Source: Azolla caroliniana (taxonomy: Eukaryota; Plantae; Polypodiophyta). From it: DNA of 64,000 nt. Made by a program: the position numbers and the translations under genes. Position 1 is the stretch's first letter; every line of letters begins with the position of its first letter. Below are positions 51,216-62,348 of the stretch, piece by piece. The notes beneath the pieces are model-generated. The model made no database searches, was not told the DNA's origin, and was given only the letters and a program-made list of their open reading frames with translations. The DNA is taken from assembly GCA_043228905.1 (NCBI GenBank), contig JBHGNT010000016.1, positions 10,354,001-10,418,000 of the forward strand. The letters are read 5' to 3'.

Positions 51216-54200
51216 TGTTGGAGACAAGGCCGTCAATGCGGAAGATCAAGTAGCGTTCTGTTCGTGTTGAATACCTGCGTATGACAGTTTCCAAGATCGT
51301 GCACAGAGATAGAGAGAGAGAGAGAGACACAAAGAGTCTTTCTATTCCATAGAACAATAATACAACCCACCCCAACCTTACAAAAAGGTTACAAGGTCAC
51401 TTTATATAGTGACCGACTTAGGGCAACTACCATTTATGCTAATTACACAAATGGCCCAAACTTGATCTATACAAAGGGATAGTGTGAATACGTCCATTAT
51501 ACACTTGTATTCGACACTCCCCCGTAATGGGCGTATACATGGGTTATCTAAGATTACAGGTATAAACCTAGGTTCTCGGACATATCAGTTTTGTTCGAGT
51601 CGGCAGGGTCCGAAGGCAGAAGACCGAACTGGTCGGGTCGGAAGAGTTGAAGCCGATCATTAAGGAACTGATGTCGGTTGTCTGAAACCATCCTGCGCTG
51701 TGTCCGGCTCTAACCGGACTGGTTTGTCGTTACGCCCATCTGATGCCGAAGGGACCGAAAGCGGTCTGCCGAAAGACACTTGGTCATTCCATCTGCGACA
51801 TTGTCGGTTGTGGATATTTTCTCTAGACCGATTTTCCCTGAAATGACGCAGTCCCGAACGAAGTGATATCGAACGTCGATATGTTTGGAGGCGTTGTGGT
51901 GAACCGGGTTTTTCGACAAGGCAACAGCACCTTGACTGTCGCTATAGACAACTGGGGCCGAGTCATGGTCGACTTGTCGAAACGTGTGCGCCAGCCGGCC
52001 GAGCCACAAAGCTTCTTTTGCAGCGTCGGACGCAGCTACATATTCTGCTTCGGTCGTTGAGGTCGTTGTGCACTCCTGAAGTTTCGACTTCCACGAAATT
52101 GCTCCATTGCCGAATTTGAAGCAGTATCCAGTTGTTGATTTCCGACTGTCTATACAGCCGGCGAAGTCCGAGTCGGTGTAACCGACTACGCCTGAGGTTC
52201 GGTTCGGACCGAAAAGAATGCCGTGGTCTTTTGTGCTAGCCAGATATTTGAACACATGCTTGACTGCGTTCCAATGCGATCGGCCAGGATTGTGCATAAA
52301 TCTGCTAACGACTCCTACGGCATGAGAAATATCAGGCCGTGTCGCGACCATCAGGTACATAAGGGAGCCGACTGCCGGTGCATACGGTACCGACTTCATA
52401 TCTTCCCCCTCTGGACCGGATGTCGGGCAGTCTCGCTGAGAGAGCCGAAGATTCATGGGGAGCGGGGTTGAAGCAGATTTGGCTGATTGCATGTTGAAGC
52501 GTTCCAAGACACGTCCGATATAGTCGGTCTGAGACAAAAAAAGATGTCATTTATCGCGATGCCGACTAATCTTCATGCCGAGTATGTGTCGTGCCGGACC
52601 GAGGTCCTTCATGGCAAACTTCAACCGCAGTTGCCGAATGAGATCGGCAAGTTCGCCCGCGTGGCGTCCAGAAATTAGCATGTCGTCCACGTAAATGATG
52701 AGGAAGATGGGTGATCCATCTTGAGCTGTGTTGGTAAAAAGACAATGGTCCTCATCGCTTTTTGAGAAGCCGATCGATTGGATGAAGTCGTCGAACTTCT
52801 TGTACCATTGTCGCGGTGCCTATTTGAGGCCGTATAGACTCTTCCTGAGTCGGCAGACTAGATGTTCTTGGCCAGTTGCCACGAAGCCTTTTGGCTGCTC
52901 CATATAAATTTCCTCTTCAAGATCACCATGGAGGAAGGCTATTTTGACATCTAGCTGAATCAGCTCCAAGTTGTCGGCTGCCACTACGCCGAGTAGAAAA
53001 CGAAGGGTTGTCATTTTCACCACTGGTGAAAAAATCTCGTCGAAGTCGACGCCATATTCTTGTCGGAAGCCCTTCGCAACTAATCTGGCCTTGTACTTTG
53101 GGGTGGTCGAATCAGACGTCTCTTTTAGTCGATAAACCCACTTGCAAGGAAGAGCACGTCGATTCTTAGGTAATTCGACCAGATCCCAAGTCTTGTTTGC
53201 CCGAATGGAGTGCATTTCCGACTCCATCGCCAGATGCCAGGTGGCTGAGTCGACAGATGTCGATGCTTCTTCGTAAGACGTCGGTTCGCCGGCGTCGGTG
53301 AAGAAAATTCCAGGAGAATACCTCTCCGGAGGTTGCGACAGTCTCTCGGATCGTCGAGGTATGATTGGACTGGTCGTATTGGGTATCGAGGTCGGATGGT
53401 CCGAAAGCGAATTATTCTGCTGTGCCGAGTCAGAGTTGTCCGAGTCGGTAGTGTAAGGTTCAGCTACCCGTGAAGCTGACCGTGTGTTAAGAGCGGGGCC
53501 TTCTTGAAGGGTCGGCACATCGGAAAATGTTACCCTTCGGACTTCGATCGGTGTTTCGACTGATGGAGTCATAGCCGACTCGTTGAACACAACGTCCGAA
53601 CTTCGAACGATTTGTCTGCGTTCGGGGTCCCAGAGTCGGTATCCCATTTCGCCGTCTGATCCATATCCAAGGAAAATGCATTTCCTGGACCGAGGTGCAA
53701 GTTTTCGGCGATCATCTTTCGGAATAAGGGCGTACGCCTCGCATCCGAAGATCCTCAGCTTGTCGTAATTCGGCTTACTGCCGATCCATAGTTCCTGAGG
53801 AATTTGAAGTCCTAGAGGTCTACTTGGCGACATATTGATTATGTGTACTGCCGTGAGTAGAGCCTCTGCCCAGAAGCCATCCGACAGTCCGGAGTGTTGG
53901 AGCATGGAAACTATCCGTTCTTGGATTGTCCGATTCATGCGTTCTGCAATCCCGTTTTGCTCCGGACTGTGTGGTGCCGTAAATTCACGTCGGATGCCGC
54001 GTTGTCGGCAGAATTTGACGAATTCTTCTGATTTGAACTCTCCCCCATTGTCGGTCCGAAAGCATTTCAGTTTTCGGTCAGTTTGATTTTTTACCATAGC
54101 GAGCCAATCGGAGAAGATCGAGAAGACATGATCTTTGGTACGAATTGGATAAGCCCACACCTTTCGAGTCGAATCGTCAATAAAACTAACGAAGTAAGAG

Positions 54201-56727
54201 GCACCGCCGAGAGACTGATGCGGCATTGGGCCACAGACGTCCGAGTGGACTAAATCGAGAGGTCTCGTTTCTCTTGGTGCTGATGTCGGGTGTGATGCGG
54301 CTGCTTGTTTGCCATACTGGCAATGTTCGCAGAATTGATGGTCCGAGAAGGAGAGTTTAGGGATGTATCCGGCTCTAGATAGGTGCGTAATGCCGGCCTT
54401 GCTGAGGTGTCCTAATCTTTTGTGCCATAGTGATGACACAGGAATATCCACCAAAAACAGGTTACCCTCTCTGAGCGTAACATGTAACGGATACAGTGAG
54501 TGTATCTTGGGTCCTCTAGCAAGCAGGAGGTTCCCCCTGTGGAGTGTCCACCCTCCCGAAGAGAAACCGGCACGAATGCCGTCTTCATCTAGTTGTCCGA
54601 CTGAGATCAATGGCCTTGAGAGCTCGGGTACATGTCGGACATTGTGAAGTACAAGTGTAGAGCCACCTACAAGGTTGAGCTCTACTGTGCCGATTCCAAT
54701 GATGTCACAGTGTTGCGAGTTGCCGACTCGAACTGAGTCGGAGTGACGGATCGTATATTGCCGAAATTGGGATCGATGAGGAGTCACGTGAAATGACGCG
54801 CCCGAATCTAAGAGCCATGTGCTCGATTCTTCAGTCGTGAGCAGAACTTCTGATCCGACTGGATTTTCGATTGATAGTATATTCGGGTCGTTTGGTAGCA
54901 CATCAGCTGAGAAGCTGACGTAATTGATCTCCTCATGCCGGCCACTCTTCTTGTCTGATTTCTGAGACTTGTCGTTCTTGTTCTTGAGTGCGCGGCAGTC
55001 GGCTTTGATGTGTCCGGGTTTCTTGCAATAGTTGCAGATTCGGTTATCCCGTGACTGGCTCCGTCTTCGCTGATTGTTCGGCTGCCGTGAGGAATCTCTT
55101 CCTCGTATGTTCGATCGGTCTGTCGAACCTTGTACTACATAAGCGTCTTCTGTTGAGTCTTTGGCGAAAGACTTTCTCCGAGCTGCTTCGGTCAGGATTG
55201 CGCTCGTGACTTCGGAGTATTTAACAGCCGTGGTTGACGCGTTGCACACGGTTGTGACGAAAGTTTCCCATGATGAGGGAAGGCTGCTCATGAGTATCAT
55301 TGCTCTGAGTTCATCCTCGATTGCCGTCCCCTGAGATGAGATTTGGGAGCTTATGCTTTCGTACTCATTGAGATGTGCTTGAACCGAATCTGATTCTTTC
55401 ATCCGCAAGTTGTAGAGGCGCCGGATCAGAAACATCTTTGTTGCAGCGACCTTCTTTTCGTAGGTGTCCGATAGTGTTTTCCACAGTTCGAATGCTGTCG
55501 TACACGATTGCACCGTAAAGTATACCGATTCCGATAGGTGCATCCGAATTGTGGCGCGGACGATTCTGTCCAGCTTCTGCCACTCAATTGGTTTGTATCC
55601 TTCTGGAGGTTCTTCATTTTCGATGGGATCGATTTGCCCCTTGACTATGAGATAGTCTTGCATTTGCTCCTTCCAGAAATTGAAGTTCGATCCATCGAAC
55701 TTTCGTAGACTCATTTCTGACGAGCCGGATGTTGATGCCATCAAATTTGGTTTCGGTTGACGAAGCTCGGTTCGGAGTTGACTACGAACCTTGTTGGAGT
55801 GCAGCCGGTTGGCTCACCCAATATCGTTCTAGTCGGATTTGAACCCGAGTCGGTTCGGCTTTGGATGTATGTATTGTTGAACTTGCTCGAATTGACTCCG
55901 GTAACTTGAGGGACAGAACCGACTGGTCTTCCCGAATGTTGCCGAGTCGGAGGGAGCCCGGTTCGCTTCCGAATATATATGCCAAGTACCGATTATTGAA
56001 ACCGATTGTCTGGACTGATTCTGCTTCGGGTGACTGCAGCGACGAGAGAGACGGATCCAACTGATCCTCCCGAATGTCGATCAGCCGGATGAAGCACGAA
56101 TTGGGGTTGTTGTCTTGAGACCGATCTGCACCGAGTGGTTACAATGAGCGGCGAGCAGCGTTTGATGACCTCTTCGGATGCCGTTTAACCGAGTGGAGCA
56201 CGATCGTGTCAATGTTGCACAAGGGGATTTCACCTCGAGCGGTTACGATCACAAGGAACAGAGTACAACCGGCTGGCTTACTCCAAGCGAAGATGATCTA
56301 ACGCGATGAGATGCAAGCCTCGTTTTTCTTCTTCTTCTCTCTTCTTCGAATGACGCAAGAAACCGAACGCTGTGCAGGCTGAGACGACGGCCGACAGCGG
56401 GTTGAGGAACCTTCGCTCTGATACCAGATGTTGGAGACAAGGCCGTCAATGCGGAAGATCAAGTAGCGTTCTGTTCGTGTTGAATACCTGCGTATGACAG
56501 TTTCCAAGATCGTGCACAGAGATAGAGAGAGAGAGAGACACAAAGAGTCTTTCTATTCCATAGAACAATAATACAACCCACCCCAACCTTACAAAAAGGT
56601 TACAAGGTCACTTTATATAGTGACCGACTTAGGGCAACTACCATTTATGCTAATTACACAAATGGCCCAAACTTGATCTATACAAAGGGATAGTGTGAAT
56701 ACGTCCATTATACACTTGTATTCGACA
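51216..56727 (-). mobile_element. Family B Ty1/copia, very recent full-length insertion (LTRs 56429-56727 and 51216-51516)
   Basis: Perfect TSD CTAGA; the LTRs are identical except for one AG unit; iMet PBS at 56415-56426; PPT at 51517-51523. Confidence 0.97.
51710..55744 (-). pseudogene. gag-pol: copia gag-pol polyprotein in a single frame with two premature stops (52820-52822 TAG, 52547-52549 TGA)
   Basis: CNYCKKPGHIKADC, WLLDSGAS, VHSDVCGP, QNGIAERMN, YVDDML, YTDSDFAG; ORFs 52820-55744 and 51710-52537 are in the same frame. Confidence 0.95.
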
Positions 56728-57916
56728 CTAGAACCCTTCGACCCGAGTGGTATGTCGAGACGTAGTTTTCGACGAATCGACATCTTGGTATAAGCCTGAT
56801 TCGGCTCCATCCGACCTAACCGAGGAAGAGTTGGACATTAACTCGGAGGACGATATTTGGCCAAGTCCTTCACCAATGGACCGTCCAAGCTCTACCGAGC
56901 TAAGTGGGCCACACGAACCTTCAAGCATCCCAAACACGTCTCGACTAGGGGCTAGATCGGACAACGGCAAAGGTAAGATGCCCGAATACGAAGTCGACCA
57001 CCCCGACAATAGTGATTAAGATGTGTCGGCTCCCTCACTAGACAGTGAGTTTGGTGTACCCATCATTCGGACTCCTGGAGTAAAAACGGACGGTGCTTAC
57101 ATCGGCAAGCGAAAAAATTTGACGCTCATCTGGAGAAAAGAACCCTGTCACTCGGTTCGGCTACAACGAGTATATGGCCCATCATTATGCCTTCTTGATG
57201 ATGGTGGCAACCGAACAAGAACTCGAGATCTCTACAAAAGTGGCTCGTGATCCACGATGGGTAGAAGCAGTCGGCCTTCACCCATACACTACAAGCCTTC
57301 GTCACCGGCTTGAGGGGGAGGGACTGAAACTGCCTCGAAAAGACCTAAGAAAGCCGAAGGCCGGATGGAAGCTAACGAAGCTGAAAGCCAAACCGGACGT
57401 CGAACATCTCACACTTGAGCTTGAGGGGGCATGTTGAGATATCAAGCTCAACTTAGTTTAGCCATTTAGTTAACCACGTAACTTAGTAGTTACCTAAATA
57501 GAATCTAGTTAGTGTGTTGACCTTTTAACCCTTGAATAGGATCTTGTACTTGTACGCAAGTGGGGATACATTCTAGATCCTCCACTACCAAGTATATTTA
57601 ATATAGGAATTACATCCTTGTACTTATATTCTACTCACATATGTGCACCCTTGCACATGAGTTGTATATAAATACCTCATTGTGGGTATTTTTGTAACTT
57701 GATGCTCATTAATATAGAGAAAGGTCTTTAGCTACACTCTTGTTAATCATCCCCCATTTATCTTATTGTTCATAAGTGTATCTTCCTCTCTCACTTCCTC
57801 TCACACACATACACACACACATCACATAATCTTCCACTACTTAATCACATATGTGACTAATTACTCACATAATTACTTACTAATTAACCCTTAGTTAATT
57901 ACCTAATTATTAACAT

Positions 57917-58877
57917 AGTATCCAGCTCGCTAAAAACCCCATCTTCCACGCTTGGAACAAGCACATTGAAGTGCATTATGACTTTGTGTACGAGCATGTC
58001 CTCAGTGGTGAAGTGGAATTGTAATACGTTCTGGCTGATTGGCAAGTGGCTGACATCGTCACCTAACCTCTAGGACTCGACAATTGTAGCATTTTTTAGG
58101 CATGCTTGGGTTACAACACCTTGATATGCCAAACTTGAGGGAATAGCCGAGGTCGCTGAGGTTGAGACAACTTAGAGAATGAACGGTGGACCCGCCGATA
58201 GGGAAAGATTGGACGGGAGAAGCGAAGTGGACAACCTAGACCTAGCCAAAGGCAAGGGGAGAGCTAAAGAAAAAGATGAATTAGAGACAACTAATTCGCA
58301 TGAAAGAGATGATTCGGACAAGCTGAATCACGTAGACACCAAACAAATGAGAAGGTGCCTAAGCCAATGCCAAAGTAAGAGAACCGACGGATTGAGGGGC
58401 GCCAAAGTCGTAGAGACGGGAAGAAGGCCAACAATGGCCTAAGGACCATGGGCAAGGAGGCAAGTTGGCAAAATGAGCCGAGGTGAAGAACCGGTGGAGT
58501 AGGAGGAACCTCAAGTTGAGCTTGAGGAGCAGTGTTGAGAGAGAAGCTCGACATGAGCTAACTCGGCTAGAGGCTGATAGGCTAGATCGGATGAAGAAGC
58601 TGACAACCGAGTCCACTGAGGAGAGTCAGCTAAAGAATCTGAGAGACAAAGCAGCTAAAGAATTGGCCATTAGGGCCTATATTCCTATTCATAGTAATAG
58701 GAATATTTTAGGGAGTTAGTGTCCGATGCTCATTTATGAACATTCAAGTATGTGTCAGTACTTGTGAAAGGTCGTTGTCAGGGCTTGTATAAAAGTGCTC
58801 ACTGAGCACACATTTATGAATTGAGTACTGAGTCATTTTTGAAATGGAGTTTTCTTGTTGTCTACTCACTCACTCAG

Positions 58878-58909
<32 letters not shown>

Positions 58910-59008
58910 TACCTAATTGTCTACAGGTGTCCGGCTTAGACGACGGTGTTCTCTCTCTCTCTCTCTATGAATACCTAACTGTCTACAGGTGTTCGACTTA
59001 GACAACTG
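57917..59008 (+). mobile_element. Family A copia 3' fragment: RH end, tail, LTR from 58533 (interrupted at 59009)
   Basis: SIQLAKNPIFH...KHIEVHY; DELET/DSDKLN tail; CAAGTTGAGCTTGAGGAGCAG followed by TGTTGAG. Confidence 0.82.
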
Positions 59009-59811
59009 TGTTAGCCGGCAAAGACTTAAAAGCCGGATAAAGTCCAGAATGGGAAAGGGATAATTAATCTATAATTATTATTATTTTGAGAAGCGAACGG
59101 ACGGACCCGGAATCGGTATGCCGACCCAGATTCGAACCGGTTCGTTGCCGGTTGCCGGTTGGTACCGGTTTGTACCCAGAGCCGGTGACCTATAAAAGGC
59201 TGTTTGTAATGAAATAGTGATTTATTAATGAAAGTGTTGTTCTGCTACACCATGTTTGATCTTTAAAAGCTTTAAGTTAATTACCGTTTTGTGCTTAATC
59301 TAATCTATCTTACGCGTGTATTATGATCGTTAACCACACCGGTTAACATCCGGTTAGGAATACGTTTGCATTACGGTCTGCGCCTACCCTACCTGCACCA
59401 CCCTTTGGTGAAGTGTCCTAGAGGGACACCCTGTGTTAGGGCTAGTCTGGCCCCAAGCAGTAACACAACTTTTGGCGACCACAATTCCTGCTCAAGTGCA
59501 GTGAACAGTGGGGGGCATGGATGACAAGACCAACAAATGACCCAGCAACAGAGTGAGCGAGACAACTCACCGAAAGATTGCAGAAGCGTGAAGCGTACCA
59601 CCAGGCCGCAGAAGAAATCCGCGTGGATCAATCCTTTTCAAAAGTGATCTAGCGAGTGGCCATGGAGTCACTCCGTTTGTAGCAAAATTCCCATCCAGAC
59701 AAAGGAAGCAATTTAAGTAGTCTGAAGGAAGCGGAATCCATCCTACAGGCATTAGCAGCGGGACAAGGCGATTTGGAACCATTTTCGGCATTTGAATCGG
59801 ATTCGGACGGC

Positions 59812-60437
59812 GAATACAATGCACATTCGAATTACCGCAGTTATCATGACACCCCGGACGGACCGGAGGATGAGGAATCGGATAATATACCGACACCGGA
59901 ACCGGCGATAACAAAACTGGAAGCTTTAGGAAGGCACAAAGCGGATCAACCTCCGACACCGCCACGCGAGCCTCTGACGGAGGAAGAGGGAAGACCTTCG
60001 ACACCGAAAAAAGAGGAGGAAATACAATGCACATTCGAATTACCGCAGTTGTGATGACACCCCGGACGGACCGGAGGATGAGGAATCGGATAATATACCG
60101 ACACCGGAACCGGCGATAACAAAGCTGGAAGCTTTAGGAAGGCACAAAGCGGATCAACCTCCGACACCGCCACGCGAGCCTCTGACGGAGGAAGAGGGAA
60201 GACCTTCGACACCGAAAAAAGAGGAGGAAATACAATGCACATTCGAATTACCGCAGTTGTCATGACACCCCGGACGGACCGGAGGATGAGGAATCGGATA
60301 ATATACCGACACCGGAACCGGCGATAACAAAGCTGGAAGCTTTAGGAAGGCACAAAGCGGATCAACCTCCGACACCGCCACGCGAGCCTCTGACGGAGGA
60401 AGAGGGAAGACCTTCGACACCGAAAAAAGAGGAGGAA
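59812..60437 (+). repeat. Tandem triplication, 208-bp period, inside gag
   Basis: AATACAATGCACATTCG starts at 59813, 60021 and 60229; the copies differ at only about 3 positions. Confidence 0.95.
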
Positions 60438-61301
60438 AGACCTCCAACACCGCCTCCAACAAAAGAGGAGGAGAGACCTCCATCACCACCAGCTCGAGTT
60501 CTAACACCGGACGATGATATGTCATTCCAATATCCCAAGTACCGGGATGATCCGGACGCAGAAGCCCATGTGTATGCATTTCTACAAACATGGGAAGCAA
60601 ACCATGTGTCACAACGTTTAACTGCCGCCAAAGCAGAACGCTCGAAGATTGCAGAGTTCGGCATGACTCTAGAAGGACCAGCCACGCGATGGTGCTTGAC
60701 GCACCTTCCCGGCACCATCACTACGTTTGAGGACTTGAAAACCAGATTTTTACAATTCTTCAACAAGGAGGTGGATCAATGGGAGATGGTAGGCCTATTC
60801 TACACCATACGACAGGAACCCCTGGAAACAATTCAGCAATTCCTAATCCGGTTCTAGTGAATGCACAGCCAGCTAAGTCGAGCACCATCAGAAGCAGAGG
60901 CTAAAGCAATATTCCTAGCAGCACTCCAGGAACCCCTACGTACGGTGTCCACAGTCATTGATTTCCTCACCAACACGATTGACCAGGTCATAGACCGGGT
61001 CAGGGAGATCGAGAAAACAAGCTCGTGGCTAACAATGGGGGCACTCCAGCCTACCTTACCAACAGATGAAGACCTACGTTTTCGGCAAGCTATACAATGT
61101 ATGACTTGTCTGAATACTGGCCACTCTGTAATAGAATGTACCATGCGGTCATAGTGCATGCTATGCCACTCCAGGTCGCACAGAATGGACCGATGTGAAT
61201 ATAATTTACTGAATCGGCAAGTGGCACCGGTAAGCCAAATCGATACCCGCAACGACCGGGAAGAGGAAGAAGAACGTTGGCAACGAGACGAGCGTTACCA
61301 G

Positions 61302-62348
61302 TGTCGTAAAGATTTTCGGCAATGGTGTGAAAATCGCATAAAACATACGAAATCGAGTATGAATCATATAAAACAATAATAGTAAAAATACTATTTTAAA
61401 TAATTTTAATATCTTGGTACAAAAAGATAGAGTTCTTCAAGAGCTTTCGAATGCCCTTTACTACATAAGAAACGGACATCTAAGTCTCAAGTTATGAGGG
61501 TAGGAAGTTTGCAAAGGAAAAGAGAAAGATAAAACAATGAGATATCCCACATAAATAGGACAAATAAGGATACTACCATATATAAGGCAGAGCAAAAACT
61601 ATTATATTTGTGTCTATGTGTGGAGCATAGAGAGTTCAGTTAATTGGATAAGTGGGTGTGGCCTAGTTACTTGTAAACGTTTTGGCCAACCAAAACTGGC
61701 GGCGATCGGCAAGCGACCCGGGATGCAAATCAGACGGATCGGTCGGGTCGGTTGATCGCGGTGCATGGTGTCTTAAAGATATTTGGTCCAAAAGCCTAAA
61801 AGTATTTTGTGTATAAAAGAAAAAGATGTAAGCAAGACTTAAACTTTGCACCTCCAAGATAAGAAGCAATAGGCTTACCATTAAGCCAAATCATTTCTTT
61901 AGGGATTATATTTTTATCATTATAGCTTTACATGTAAATTCTCATATTAGAGCTTGATTGAGTGACATGTGATGCATGAGTGCCAAATGGCAAACATGCA
62001 TCACATGCATTCCATGCATTGTATGCATGTCTTGTACCCTCACATGCATCATATGCATGGGAGCATCTATAAAAGGGTAGATGAAAAAGATCAAAAGGGA
62101 GCGATGTATTAATCAAGAAATTAATAAGAAGAAAATTCATTATCCTTTTAATGATTTATCTTGTTCTTCAAATCTAAAGTCAAGAATTCAATCTTACGCT
62201 CTCTCTCCATTTCAATCTTAATCTCAATCTCTCTCTCAATCTATCTTAAATCCTTCTCGCTAAAGCTAGTGCGTACTTCGAGTCCTTCCGTCTAAAACCC
62301 CGGCGGTTCCACCTCACGATCCGCACATAGTGACGGATCTTCACGACA
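61302..62348 (+). mobile_element. Solo LTR (family D-like), 1047 bp
   Basis: TGTCGTAAAGAT...ATCTTCACGACA inverted termini; flanks CCAG/CCGG (4-bp TSD with one mismatch); TATA at ~62067. Confidence 0.88.

Larger units (their letters stand above)
50588..57915 (+). mobile_element. Family A-like copia, deleted: INT 50588-51215 and 56728-57260, PPT, LTR 57432-57915
   Basis: IHSDVWGP; LRSDGGKEY; YKC*NPSTR..RDVVFDE is restored across the insertion; GAGGGGGCA followed by TGTTGAG...TAACA. Confidence 0.82.

Noticed and set aside
57911-57925. TAGTATC after the LTR as a PBS remnant of a tandem element
   Set aside because: Only about 6 nt match, and the same bases are the start of the RH coding fragment (SIQLAK), so it is ambiguous.
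59812-60437. CRISPR-like array (also considered for 461-600 and 8500-9600)
   Set aside because: These are head-to-tail repeats without unique spacers, with no cas genes, in a eukaryotic TE context.
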